Shown: positions 36,023 to 49,356 of the stretch, piece by piece
Layout: every line of letters begins with the position of its first letter
Position numbering within the stretch: the first letter of the stretch is position 1
From: Phoronis australis
Taxonomy: Eukaryota > Animalia > Phoronida
DNA: 64,000 nucleotides
NCBI GenBank assembly: GCA_002633005.1
Contig: NMRA01000341.1
Span: 203,474-267,473, forward strand
Direction: 5' to 3'
Notes under the pieces: model-generated
The model's input: only the letters and a program-made list of their open reading frames with translations
Told to the model about the DNA's origin: nothing
Databases searched by the model: none
Made by a program: the position numbers and the translations under genes

Positions 36023-36121
36023 TTACACTTTATCATGGATAAGCACACATACAACTTATTCACACAAAAGCTTCGGGACTGGAACCTGATGAAAGACCCT
36101 AACTTCAGGTGGTGTGCTCAT
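36023..36121 (+). CDS. RNF31: RNF31/HOIP exon (RING1-IBR linker)
   Basis: aattag|...|gtatgt; LHFIMDKHTYNLFTQKLRDWNLMKDPNFRWCAH. Confidence 0.95.
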
Positions 36122-37276
36122 GTATGTATCTAAACTCCAACATTTTAACAAAAATAGATTTGTTGTGTGTTTGAAATTACTGAACATTAGGTTAACATTA
36201 GTTTAAAGTGAAGCTTTTCTTTGCACAGGTTGCCATGTGAAAGTTTAATTAGCAGAAGCTGAATTCATTTCCCCTCAGAAAGTCGTGACGTTAAGTATCT
36301 GTATTGAGTAAGAGACTCTGTGTGCAACTGGGATCACACTGAGGCAGTAAAAATGGTGATGGCGACATCCTGTTGCTCCCAACTTGTTCGATTCTATAGC
36401 CCAACAACAAGTTGGGAAGTTTACCCCTGTAGCCAATATCTTACATGACTGCTTAACTCCATTCTGGCACTTATGGTTGGAGAGCCTGCGCTCTTTTGTT
36501 CGATAATTGCTCCAATCTCTGATCAGATCATATCTAGCCGGACTGGACTGGGCTGATAAAAATGAAAGTTAAGTTAAACCAATAGCATTTCTGAATTCCT
36601 TGTCAAATGCTGATCATGTTAAGTTTTTGAATCACCAAAATCGCCCAACTACAACAGAATTTAAGACAATCTATTCTGTCCAAACGGATTACCAACACAC
36701 AGGGTTTGACTGTGTTCATAGGCGTTAGGTAATAGCGTAAAACCACCATAGGTTTCCTTTGAAGCCTGGGAGATAATTGGCCTGCTTGTTGTCATAAGGG
36801 ACAAAAGACTGAGCTGGGCAGTTAACAAAAGAGCCAGATGTTCAGCATCCCTCCCCTCTGAAAAAAGTTACTGAACGACAGAATGCTGTAATGTTATGTC
36901 AACTTTAAGTTGTGACAATATTAATTTTTTTACTCTAGATATTTTTTAAAAAATTGGCAACTGTCTAAAATTAATGTTGTTGTCCGAGATATTAGTACAT
37001 TGTATACTTGCACTGACTATTCAGTGGTTATGTTAAAATTTCATTAATTTCGGAAAAAAGTAATTTCCAGAATTGCCCCTTTTCATTTCTCAAGAGCTCT
37101 TTACATTGAACTCATAGAACACACTTTGTATGAAGAGAACTGCGTATGTTGATCAAGCAATTTGATTAAAAATTTGGTGCTTCTTTTTTTGTTGACTGAA
37201 ATTCATCTTCTTAATTGGTGAGATTTTACCTTAGTGAAGACATTCTGTCATCTTACACTTTTTATTTGTTCTGTAG

Positions 37277-37366
37277 TGTCAGTGTGGCTTTTTATACAAT
37301 GGGAATCGGCTGAAGATGGGCTGCCCACACTGCACAAAGTTCACTTGTTTCAAGTGCAAGCGACCT
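37277..37366 (+). CDS. RNF31: RNF31/HOIP exon (IBR)
   Basis: ctgtag|...|gtgagt; CQCGFLYNGNRLKMGCPHCTKFTCFKCKRP. Confidence 0.95.
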
Positions 37367-37931
37367 GTGAGTATCATGTGTTTGGAGTGACATCTGTTGG
37401 CTGATGTGCTGAACATGGCCTCTAGGCAATTTTTGCCTAAGCAAAGAAATAAATTGTTTGAGTAAAGAACATGTTGGTGGAAGGTAGTGCAATGCCATGT
37501 GTAGAGGGGAGTGAGGATGACGTCTTTACTCCAACATTCTCTTATTACAGGACTGACTAACTACTGTACAACACCACCTTTTTGCAATTCTAGCTAACTG
37601 TGCCATGTAAGGTGTACAAGTCACACTTCATAGAACAGTTTGGCTTGAGTTGTATAATAAACCATTCTAACTAACTGTGCCATGTAAGGTGAAAACACAG
37701 TCAAGCAGATTCCTGGCAGTTTTAATTTTATGTGGTTTAAGTGACAACATTTCCTTTAAATTAAGTGACCATTCCGTGACGTGGAATTATTCACAGATCA
37801 ACTGACCCTGTGCCCATTTTCAACACATCCTGCAAATTCCATCTAAACATGCTATGAACATTCCCACTAAATAAAATTGGTTCTAACCCCGGTGTTTAAG
37901 GTAAACGGCGGGGTATGGAAAATTGAACTAG

Positions 37932-39551
37932 ACCGTATTTATCCACCTTGGCTGAGACCCGCTCGGCTCATGCTCAAAGGGATGCCGCCAAGCTGCTCTA
38001 TTCATCGAGTCACGAGCGAGGATAATTGACTTCGCTCATGCGGATATGATCAGCTGATTACAGTCTAGCCTAACAACTGTACTTTTTATGGAGAGAATTT
38101 TACGTAGTTTTTACTGTAATATTTGAAAAGAGGAGCGAAAACAAATACGAATACAACTTTGAATTTTTCAAATCGGCCCAGGATAAGAGATTTTGCAACA
38201 CAGCAACACTCACGATTACTTTCATTCGGCGCGCACTAATACAAAAATATAGGACCCAAGTTATTTAGATTTTGGAACACATGCATTGCAATATTCAAAA
38301 TACTTTTATTATGAATCTTACAAGCTGTAAAACGACGTTGTTAATTTCATTGTGTTCATTCATTGTCATCCGTCAAATCGGCAATTTCCGAGATGTGATC
38401 TGCGGCGTGCGCGTATGTGTACAAAACACGTGATTGTTATGTTCCTGGAGTACGAAAATTAAGAAGGCTTTAACATGCCGTTATTATTGACAGGGACACG
38501 ATAAAACGAATTTGGATTTTGACTATAGTCTTGATACAGCGATCTGACTGACCACTGCGTCAGTGTCTCCGTTAGACCCAGAAATTGCACACAGCCCGGG
38601 TAGTTCATTTCGTCCCCAACATGTAGATCGAGCCTTGGACTATTAATACTCCACGGCAGAGCTAACGACAGTCGGCCTGTGCACACAAAATCTGTGAGTT
38701 AACCAGCACTCACCTTGCACGTTACAGCCGTTTAAGTGAAAAACAATCTAGTAAACGCCATTTTCTTGCATAATCCTCCGCCTTTTGTAACAAAAAAGTC
38801 TATCGTCGATGACCCGCACACGCACGCTCACTCACTCTCATACACAGACGACCTTCAAAACAAACGTCACGTGACAACAACATGTGTGTTCATCCAGAGA
38901 TTTTTCTCTTGTTGTGGAGTACGATGTAGCGCACATTTGGACTTAATCGCAATTAATCTGGACTCCACATGAACTTTAAAAATTGTAAAACATCAGGAAG
39001 ATTTCAGGTAATTTGTTGAGTCGAAACTATATTTTTATTCAAGAGTACAAGTTTTCCTATTGACGATGGCGATTCAGCGGCGACGCATCAGTCGGCAAGT
39101 TTTCGCCCTGTGATGAGCACAATTTTTTGAAAAATTATCGTAATTTAACAACGGAAGTTCATAGCAATGCACCACAATTTTGTAGAAAGACTGTCATAGG
39201 CTAAAAATTCGTCACAAAGCGTAAATTTTATGAATCCTAGCTTCCGATTTTACCCGTTTGGGAAACCGGCTTTCAACTGCCGTAGGCTACAATAAGAATC
39301 CCCTCCCCGTGAAATGATTTTTTCTAAGCGTTTATTAGAGCCAATACAGTATACAGCTTTCCACCAAGGCTAGGTGATACTACGACATTATTCTTTGTTG
39401 CATTAGTAACTGGTCTTGGCTAATATTATCATTTTATGGCCTGGTCATCCATTCAGCCAAAAGTAGTTCCAGAGGTGGCTTATCAGCCAATTATTCACGC
39501 ATGCTGACTCACAATAGAAGCCTGATAAGAGTGAAGGTGGATAAATGCGGT
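37932..39551. mobile_element. 1.6-kb TIR-bounded non-autonomous element
   Basis: ACCGTATTTATCCACCTT / AAGGTGGATAAATGCGGT; CpG-rich interior; no clear TSD. Confidence 0.5.
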
Positions 39552-40592
39552 GTTCCTACAGTTTCTTGTTTTAGTGGATGTGTTCACGACATGAAGTGAA
39601 CTCACCCATTAAGTCAGTATTTGCTACCACAATCAAAGTAGAAAAGCTCTGACGCAGGCTGGTTTCACCATGATGCATGAATCTGCCTTGGTATATGTTA
39701 ACCCCATTTTTTTGTTTTTCTCTCTAGTGTAAACATACCTGCTTGGGTTTAAGTTCACACATTATACGTCATACTTCACAATTATAGTAATATTTTTTAA
39801 GATATAACAGTGACATTATGAAATACACCTTCTTATCACTTGGCAATGGAATAGTTGGTGAACAACGCTCTTTTATAAATTCTTAGCGACCATCATACTG
39901 TCAAGTTGCCAGTGTTGTGCGATGGGATATTCAATCGTTCTGTATGTCTTGAAGCATCCCCAAAACAAAAAATGGGGACGTCTTGCACACTGAAGGAAGC
40001 CTTACTCTCATGATGCTAAAAAGATGCACAATGAATGTTTCCTATTTCAACTGACTTCTCCTAGTGTTCGTTTTTCCTAGGAAGGTGGAACAAAGCTATG
40101 TGTGAGAACCCAGTTACAAGCGTTGTATATTAATCATGTGTGTAGTGTTTTTAAATTCTAAGTCATCGTGTAGTGTGAAGCCCAATTTATGTATACAATA
40201 CATAATAATATGACTTGTATAGATACGCACAGGCACAGACACAAATGTCTGATACAAGCCCTCCCCTGTTTTTGGAAATTCCCTAATTGGCAGGAAATAG
40301 GCTAATTCCTGGATGGATCTGGCAACATTATTTCCTGAATGATCTGTATGATATAGAAATCATTTACTATTAGTATAGTATGGGCAGACTGTAGAGGAAT
40401 ATTTTGGTTGCTTGCGTAATTGATGTATATTTTAGGCAGTAAAGAAATACCCGTTCTATACATGAACAGCTCTCATTTGTCTAGCAGCTTTTTGTTGTTG
40501 GGGGAAAGCTCAGAAGCTTTTTTTTGCTAATGACTTTCAAATCCAACATATTTAAGTTATTTTAAGTAAGCACGATTGACATTTTTTGTCAG

Positions 40593-40707
40593 TGGGAAGA
40601 TCAGCACGAGGACATCACTTGTGAACAGTTTCAAGAGTGGAAAGAGCAGAATGATCCTGAGCTTCAGGCTGCTGGATTGGCACGCCATCTAGAGGAGAAT
40701 GGAATAG
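40593..40707 (+). CDS. RNF31: RNF31/HOIP exon
   Basis: tgtcag|...|gtaggc; [38 protein letters not shown](D). Confidence 0.96.
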
Positions 40708-41367
40708 GTAGGCGTGGTGGGAGGGGAAATCAAAACTTCAGTTTTTCAGTGAACAATTACGTCCACCTTTTCACTCTTTTGAATGACCAGCCTATTTAAA
40801 TCGTTGACTATTCCGGGTCCCTAAGATTTCATCAGAAACATTGTGTTACGGCCTAGCAACTAAAGGTAATGTTTTGATAAATGCAATTCAAGACAAAAGT
40901 AATCAGACAAAGTAACATTTTCTCATCGTGATTGTAATAAAATTTTAATAACAGAGAATAGCATAACCACCTTTACTAATTTTCCTGTTAAGTGCCGTTC
41001 GTTCTTGGTCATGAGGGAAAACTACTCTGATGAAGAATTCAGCTTTTGCCCAGATGTCATGGCGGGGAATTCTGGGTCATTTTGTTTGAATACTTTTGAA
41101 TTGTGCAGTTGTAGGTTTTGAGAGTTTAGGATAGATGAAATATTAATTGTAGTTTGGTTTATCAAAAATGGAGGAAAATTATGCTTGTGCCATAATACTC
41201 CAAGTTAGTGCTGTAGGGAGAGTAGAAGTGAATAAATTTTGTGCAGTGATGTCTTTCATTGAGGAAACAAAGTCTGTGATAATTTGCATAACAGCGGAAA
41301 GAAAGAAACATTATGTATTTGATTTTTTGTACTTTCAGATAAGAGTTATGTTTATTTTTCTCCTCAG

Positions 41368-41486
41368 ATTGCCCAAAGTGTCAGTTTCGTTATGCTCTCG
41401 CCAGAGGAGGCTGCATGCACTTCAAGTGTACACAATGTCGACACGAGTTCTGTGCTGGCTGCTATCACCCGTTTAAACAAGGAGCG
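41368..41486 (+). CDS. RNF31: RNF31/HOIP exon (RING2, catalytic Cys)
   Basis: cctcag|...|gtaagt; (D)[39 protein letters not shown] with the GGCMH active site intact. Confidence 0.97.
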
Positions 41487-42728
41487 GTAAGTTTAATGAA
41501 ATAATGCAAAGTTTCTTCAAATTAGAACACAATATGACAGAACAGTGATATCCAGTTTTATCCAAATTTCGACATTGATCAAATACATGGTGACAGTTTG
41601 AGCGTAGTTTGCGTTTTCCTTGACTAGAGACGAGTGTTTCCCGACTGTGAGTTGCCTTCCTCCTCAGATGCAGAATCAGTTTCCTGGTCTTTTTCTCGTC
41701 TCGCTTGCTCAAGCTTAAAAGTAGTCATTTTTAGTTTCTTTTTGATGCACTTATCCGATTTCTTCCACTTTGGCATTGCACTTAAAACACAAGGGTACTG
41801 CTTCGCTTTTTTGGCATTTTGCTGTCTTAATAAAATGCTCTGGGTATAGGTGAACATTTCAGATTTTGGTGTGAGCATTCACGTTGAAATACGCTGGATT
41901 TCTTTTCATTTTTGTGATCTTTTGGGAAAGGAGGGGCTTATAGTCTATAGGTAGTTAAAAAATAATAGATCTACACTTTTCCGCCGAATTTTCGTATTCA
42001 CCTTAACAAGAAAAATGTGGCATTTTTGTTCTGGCTGTACAGGCACTTATGACGTTGTCTTTATTCAACCCCCAATTCAAGTCACAAGACATCGCACGTG
42101 CATGTTTGCCAATTTGGTCTATTGGAAAAATGAAAACTTGACAGTTTCGACTGTTATTTTTGGTATAATGATGAGCTTGAGATCTTTTTTCCATATGTCT
42201 TTCTTAATGTTGTATTATGGAGCTTTCTTTAACAAATGTTTAAACTTAACACCTGCCATGTGTTCTTCTGCTTTAGACATTGCACTGGTGAACAAACGTA
42301 CATTACTCAAAATTACGTCGTCACATATATCAAGTTCCTTGATTTGTTCATTTTGTCAAGAGACCACCTTCAAGTTATTTGAAGTAATTTGTTTTTTAAA
42401 CTTTATTTTAATGAAATTGCATTGATTGTCTCTGATAGTTTTGCAAGGTTCATGCTTGTTATGTTCCTCTGATGCTCTTTAACCAACCATCTTCCCAGTG
42501 TGTACCATGCTTACCTGTATATTCACTATTTTTTGATTTTACAACTTTACCTTATTCATGGTCTTAGTAAATGACCTTTTATCACTCACATGCACCTTGT
42601 TTTCCCATCTGGGAACATAGCTTCATGGACCCGCCTGGGCTCCCTGTTTCTCTATCATATGTGTGTCAGTCGAACATGAATTTAATATTATTGCAAACAT
42701 CCACTTCTTTTGCTCTCATTCTCTCTAG

Positions 42729-42842
42729 AACTGCGGACAATTCAAGATGTGTGAGAAAAGTGGTCTTCATTGTCATCATCCAAGAGATTGTCTTTATTAC
42801 ATGAGAGACAACGACGTGCCGCAACTGCAGAAACTGTTGACG
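42729..42842 (+). CDS. RNF31: RNF31/HOIP exon (zinc-finger insert, LDD start)
   Basis: ctctag|...|gtaagt; NCGQFKMCEKSGLHCHHPRDCLYYMRDNDVPQLQKLLT. Confidence 0.96.
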
Positions 42843-42879
42843 GTAAGTCAATGTTATGTGCTTACGCAAGCTGAGCTGC

Positions 42880-43040
42880 TTACATGTACATAGTACTGCA
42901 AGCCAATCTGTTTACATGTACATAGTACTGCAAGCCAATCTGTTTACATGTACATAGTACTGCAAGCCAATCTGTTTATATGTACATAGTACTGCAAACC
43001 GAGCTGCTTACAGGTACATAGTACTGCAAGCCAAGCTGCA
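42880..43040. repeat. 32-bp minisatellite, about 5 copies
   Basis: TTACATGTACATAGTACTGCAAGCCAATCTGT units. Confidence 0.9.
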
Positions 43041-44135
43041 ACCACATTACAAACAAAGTTTGTGAAAGTTCAAGACGAGAGTGGTGTTCAAATGCAGGCA
43101 TTATTACGGTGTTTTGTTGAGCGTTCCTTGCAGCCTTTTTTCCAGCATTACTCACTGATAGGCCAATTGTCTACGAGGCTTCAAAGAGTCGGTGCCTATG
43201 TGAAAATTGCTCTGCTCCACACAAAAGAAACTTTTATAAGCATTTGTAATATTGGTGCCTGTTGATACTAACTTGTATTTCTTGTCCTGATCAACAAAGT
43301 ACATGGTAACATGAAATGAAATGAGTTGATTATGATTATCGTCACGAACAGCATAGGTTCCGAAGATTAGTTTCTTCCCTATTTTTATAATGGCGTATCC
43401 TGTGGAGCTCCTGGTTTGTTATGTTGCAAATTTGTCATCACAAAATATTACGACCCAACACGACACCCTTCTGCTATTGAAATTTGTCCCGATTCTAATG
43501 CGCAAAAATTTTAAAGCTTGTAGACACTTTCATGTCCCATGTTACAACCAAGTATGAAACATTGCTGCAGAAGCTTTAACTCTGTGTTGAATGTTAATGT
43601 AAAGCTGGGATTATCAGATTGATAATTAACTTAGAATATCTTTCAAAATAAAGTGGACAGTGTCAAAATTTGACAAAGTTTCAGGGAACAAAACTGCAAC
43701 TAAATCTCCGTTTTTGACCAGAATCTGTGTCAATTCTGGCTAAATCTCGACAAAATCATGAGTTGTTGCTACATCCATGTTGTCAAAATCACAACAACTT
43801 ACTGCGCAAGTCCGTTATGTAAATAAACAATTGGTTGCTAGGCGCTATAATGTGGCATTAAACTCCGACAGAAGACCGACAAAAACGCTATTGCAACAAA
43901 AACTCAACTGCCAATTAAATAATTCTGTCAACATGGGAATCCAAGTTTGGCAGAGTTTTGTCAAAGTCTGTCAAGTTTATTTTGAAAACTATTAGTACAC
44001 AACAGAGATTTTGTCAATAGTATAAATTCTGTTGGAGGGGAGTTCATGAATATCCTCTAAAATTACTTTATGCTAATTTTGCCTTAGTCAAATATTACTG
44101 AGTTAATAGTGTTCTTCACACCCTTCATGTTTCAG

Positions 44136-44284
44136 GACAATAACGTTGAATTTGGCACTCAGCTAAACGCAGGCGTGGCAGATCATGCCAGGTGTCGAGT
44201 AATGGAACAGAAAGAAACTGTGGATGGACTCAAGGATGAGCGTTGCAGCAAAGACGTACCAGAAGGGTACGCTGGACTATGCGA
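44136..44284 (+). CDS. RNF31: RNF31/HOIP exon (LDD)
   Basis: tttcag|...|gtgagt; DNNVEFGTQLNAGVADHARCRVMEQKETVDGLKDERCSKDVPEGYAGLC(E). Confidence 0.96.
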
Positions 44285-45633
44285 GTGAGTGCTCTTGCTA
44301 GACCTCCAGAGAGAACGAATCATGTTAAATCTTGACCAAAATTTGTGTTAATTAATTCAGAAATGTACGTGGATTTAATTTTGACAATGTTTGTGAAGAG
44401 TGTCTTGTAACTGGAATTACTTTTGGGTGGTTTTATTTATTAGAATTATTTTTCAAATTTTAAACTGAAACTTTGATACAGTTGGACTGAACTGAGCCCA
44501 GCTTATAAAGGCGTCCCTTTTTTGTTTTAATTGCAAATTTGAGAGTTTTTTAGAATCAAATTTTGTTTATCGTTGCACCGACTTTTTGTCAGAAACACTC
44601 AGTCTAGTATAATTGTGACAATCTCTTACTGCATTGAAGTCAGCAGTTAGGTAAGTAGGTGAGAGGGTATGTGTGGCTTTGTACACCGTAAAGTTTAAAT
44701 GAAAGGCATGCCTGCTAACCAGGGAGCACCAACAAAGTGTATCGAGGAGGTCAGAAAAAGGAAAGTTATTATGAAGGCCACTATAGTTGAGTATTAGCCT
44801 CCCAGCCTTGTTTTGTATTTTTGAAGTCTATCCTGGAGGAGTATCAGCCTCCCAGCCTTGTTTTGTATTTTTGAAGTCTATCCTGGAGGTATGATGCACA
44901 GTTACTCCACACAATATGGTAATCAAAGCGTAGTACAATTAGACTCCTGTACATAGTCTGAAGAGTAGCCTGATCCGATACCTCCCAATCCGCTGAGAAA
45001 GTTTTTTACACACATACTCCACATGTTCGTCCCATGATAAATTTTTATCAATTTACACTCAAATATTTAAATTTCTCAGTGCTTTCCAGCTGGGTGCCGT
45101 CGACAGTAATAGCAATGTTGCTTGGAGACAACACAGCTAGCCTCTGTCTGCTACTAATAGTCTGATGGCTGTTTACATGTTGTTATAATGGTAAAATCTC
45201 ACTAATGCAGAACACAATGTGGCTGACAAGTGAACATTCTATCAATTTTTTTCATTTCTCCATGGAAGATATCTATTAACACCAAATTGACGGTTATCCG
45301 TGTTCAAAGTACAGTACCGTAACTATCCTCTATCAAATGAGTGTTTTGAGAAGTTGTGGGCATTCACTACAATGTTATAAGCTCTTGAAAATATAAAAAG
45401 GCAATTTTAGCAATGATTTTTGTTGTGAATTGACAATATTTTACTGTCATTGGGTTTTAAAGACCTACGTGCTTTTGCTGCCCATTCATTCCTGTATGGT
45501 GTTACAAAATAATATACCGGTAAACTACCTTAGTTTTCTTGTTCTCTCGTTCGCTCCCTTTTAATTTTACATTGCTGGTATCATGCCACTTTTTATTCGA
45601 TGTAGTTATTTGCCTCCTTTTGGTCTCCTTCAG

Positions 45634-45802
45634 AGTTCATTACAAGGAGTATTTGGTGAGCCTTATCAACGAACACAAGATCGACCCAGTTGTTATCATG
45701 GACACGGAGACGCTGAAACAGCAGTTTCTCCGAGCGGAGAAACCATGCCCCACGGCGAGGAGAAATGAGAGTCGGAATGCCTATTCACAAAGACTTATTG
45801 AG
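45634..45802 (+). CDS. RNF31: RNF31/HOIP exon (LDD)
   Basis: cttcag|...|gtaaat; (E)VHYKEYLVSLINEHKIDPVVIMDTETLKQQFLRAEKPCPTARRNESRNAYSQRLIE. Confidence 0.96.
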
Positions 45803-47206
45803 GTAAATAGGCTGCTGTTATTGTACTGACAACTGAAGTCTTTCTTTTCTAAAAAGGAAATTTCCAATCATGTAAAATTTCAGACTTTGTACGCGCCCAG
45901 ATTTATATCATTTTTGCTTTATGAGTAACTTACTATACACTGCTTATTGTAGCATCAGGGGCACAAATTTTCTCATTGATTGTGGTTATGAACATTTAAA
46001 GGTAAAACTACAAGAAGTACCTTCTCTAATGCTTGGCAGAATGCACAAAAAGATCTGCATGTCCCTTGCAGAAATTTCTGCACATTCTGTCAGGTATGTG
46101 CAGAAACTACTGCTTATAGTTTATGTTTAAGGATCAAACAGAAATTTCAGCATTTCGAAAGATTGATTTTCAATGGAAAGTATCTACTTTTTAAGCAAAA
46201 ATTATGGAAATTTGGGTGCATAAAAATGATTGTGTAACTTCAGGCACAAAAAGGAAATCAGTAAAAATTACCTTTAGTTTTTGAAATGGAAAGGCTTACA
46301 GATATTTGTCCATTCACAGATGTTGTGATGTATGAGTAGAGCTGGTTTAATAAATTTTCAGTTATTATTATTCAAAAACATAAATATGTGCTCTGAGGGT
46401 CAAAAGGTATGATCGTGCTATTTTTCATTGATAAACCTAGTGACCCAATTTTGGTGGTGAACACCGCGGAAACTTTATACGTTAAGCTCATATCTGTGAT
46501 GCATTTGAAACCCAGAATGAAAACTGACTTATCTCTATTCTCGGTTTTTGGGCAATTGGCATTTTTTAATTGTTTACTTGTCAAAACAATGGATAGTGTA
46601 ATTGGTCATCTGTTTTGTTGAATAGGCGGTAACAAGGTGGCACTCAGATGACGATAAGGCACGGCCAGCTGCCCAGTGAATTGAATTTTACGTCAGCTAT
46701 CTGGAACTGTCCTCCAGTTGACTAGGCATTTCCCTTCTACATAATATTCTTGCAGTGGTTCAATCTGTAAATGGTTATTGGCAGAGGTTATTAACAAAAG
46801 AAACAAGCTGGTCATTTTTGCCTTTAAAGCAGCCCACCAAGAGAATGATATTTGAGTGTCAAGTGTTTTGAGCTTGAATAATGTTGGTATAATTCAGGCT
46901 CTGTTCCATCAAACGTCGTATACCCAGTCATAGCTAAGATCATTTTTTCTCAGATTTTTATTGACACATAGTGCCTCATGAAGTTCTTTGTCAACACACT
47001 GCATGCTCAAATTTATGAACTCAGCGGCAATGTTTGGTGTTCATAAAAACACGTGCCTACGACCACAGGCGTCCTCAACTTCTGACCGTCTCCAACACAC
47101 TGTATAGAATACTACAAGGTATGACACTCCAGACTAGAAATTCCACGGGTGCTTCACTTCAGCCGTCCATAGCAAACAATAACTCTATAATTTTTCACAA
47201 AACATG

Positions 47207-47625
47207 AGTTCTACAAACCATGAGGAATTGTTCTTTCTGCCAATACCATTTACAGTGTCCTGCTCCACCGAGTTCGCAACAAATTCGTGGTCAAAGCACA
47301 AAAACCTTCTCAAAATGTCGCTGCGTACTAGCAATATGCTTCACGCGGTCAAGGTCAAGTAGGGCGGAATAATCCGATGAGTTACAAATCGACAGCAATT
47401 GCCAGTTCATTAAGGAAGGTTATGAAATGGTCTGGCTATTGTGGAGTTATTGATTCCGTGACCTTCCGTGACAAACCGACAATTTCAGTGTAGCATATTG
47501 CTGGTACGCAGCGACTTTTTGGGAAGGTTTTTGTGCTTTGACCGCGAATTTGTTGCAAACTCGGTGGAGCTGGACACTGTAAATGGTATTGGCAGAAAGA
47601 ACAATTCCTCTTGGTTTGTTGAACC
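47207..47625. repeat. Long inverted repeat (~135-bp arms, ~150-bp loop)
   Basis: TTGTTCTTTCTGCCAATACCATTTACAGTGTCC...AGCAATATGCT is mirrored by AGCATATTGCT...GGACACTGTAAATGGTATTGGCAGAAAGAACAA. Confidence 0.9.
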
Positions 47626-47744
47626 TCTGTTTTTTGAAAATTTATTGAGTTTTGTGATCCTAGATTACCAATCAGAAGTTTCCATTTCAATTCAACTTTG
47701 ATGAATTTTTTTCCAATCTATTTCATTTCTACTTTTTCTTTCAG

Positions 47745-47879
47745 GAGATTAAAAGGAAGTTTCCTCTGAAGCCAATGAGAAAGATGACACGCGGTGTATC
47801 CATGTTGAGTCTGAATATGATGGATCTCACGGCAATGCCTGCTGAACCAGCTGTGGAGGAAGTTGAGCTTTATGATTAG
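47745..47879 (+). CDS. RNF31: RNF31/HOIP terminal coding exon
   Basis: Strong acceptor ctactttttctttcag|; EIKRKFPLKPMRKMTRGVSMLSLNMMDLTAMPAEPAVEEVELYD*; start aligns with human KLTEEVPL; AATAAA at 48801. Confidence 0.88.
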   Translation, partial: EIKRKFPLKPMRKMTRGVSMLSLNMMDLTAMPAEPAVEEVELYD

Positions 47880-49295
47880 TTGACGTTTGGGAACATGCAA
47901 AATCTTTGCAGACCAAATGAGCTTTTGACAATCCAGTGTGAAGGAACTAGTCTAGTGTTTTTCTAAAATACAGTCAAACCGCTCTGCCTTGAATCCTTTC
48001 CAGCACTGTCCTTAAATATGTGCTGTAACTAGTGGGAGTTTGTTGTAACAGCTTGTATAGAGTACAATTTGCTGTGGACTTGTGGAATGGAAAGTTGTGC
48101 ACTAATTTGTGAATCTTATAAACCAGATTCGTTGTAACGCGGTTTGACTATAAACTTTTTACATTTGTGGTAGGGACGATGTGTGTAGATTTTTTGTGCA
48201 TATTGTGTGTTGTTAATCCATGAAAAGGAAAGATAAAAAGATTATTGTAAGAACATTTTGTACTGTGTAGTCTAAAACTTGTCTCTATGGTTATTTATTG
48301 TTATAAGCACATCATGAACATGGAGTAGCTTTATGTGTGTACTTTGTTATACTTGTTTAAGGTGCTATTATGTAGAGTGAAACTGCAGACTGGCTGAGGT
48401 AACCAGACCTCATGTTATCAGTATAAGGAGAAGATGAAATGAGCCCTGCAGATATAAGAACTGTATGGTATCGTGGTTTACGAATATATTTATTATTAAT
48501 AATACTACACAAAGACATTGCTTTCATTACCACAGAAGTGTGCAACCAAGAAAAGTACTCACAAAGGAGAGCAAGACCAAATATTATGTCAAAAGTCACA
48601 TGTCTTGTTATAAACTGTATGTCTAAATTTTATGATACACCTTGTGACAAACTGTATGTCAAGGTTGCAGAGTAGTCTACTTTGCTGCACTGGTTTGGTG
48701 AGCGCTGGACATTCCATTAATGCACTTTGTATTCTACAAAAACATCAAGCAAACTAGAATGTAGTTGGATCTGCAATATGTACAAACGCTTGTGATTTGC
48801 AATAAACATGTTTAATATAATTAATAGAACTTGAATGTTTTAATCTCATCAATGCAAACTTCAAAAGCCCTTTATATGGGTACAAACTGAAGTTACAAGT
48901 CTGTTATTTGACTATTACTGTAACAATGGTTAAATCTCACACAAAATAGAAAACAAGTTAATTTTCTTCTCATTTCCTTATAAAAGAAAACTAGCCTGCC
49001 TCACCATTGTCAAATTATGTGCCATAACAATACTGTAACACAATATTTTGCCAAGTTGTTTGCTCCTGCAGCTGCTAAAGTTAGAATCACTTGAAAATGG
49101 AAAACATGACTGTCTGATATTGGCAAGGTATTAATTGTAACATGACTGTCTGATATTGGCAAGGTATTAATTGAATGTACACCAGAAACTGGTGTAAGCA
49201 GTTTAGGTGTCCGAGGATGTATTCTTGTGTCCAGTCAGCTAAAGCCTCAAAGCACAACAGAACACGAACCAGTCATCTTGTGCTTGTGACTAGCT

Positions 49296-49356
49296 TTATA
49301 TGGGTAACCACTCCTGTGTGGGAATGTCTAGAACGACTTCCATATCAGGCGTACAT
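49296..49356 (-). CDS. C20orf96: C20orf96 orthologue, last coding exon
   Basis: ttttccag|(K)CTPDMEVVLDIPTQEWLPI* resembles the human C-terminus KCTPDMDVILNIPVEEPLPF. Confidence 0.92.

Noticed and set aside
41550-42500. Lys/Glu-rich minus-strand ORFs as a gene
   Set aside because: Multiple stops and no splice structure; at most a decayed DNA-transposon remnant I cannot classify.
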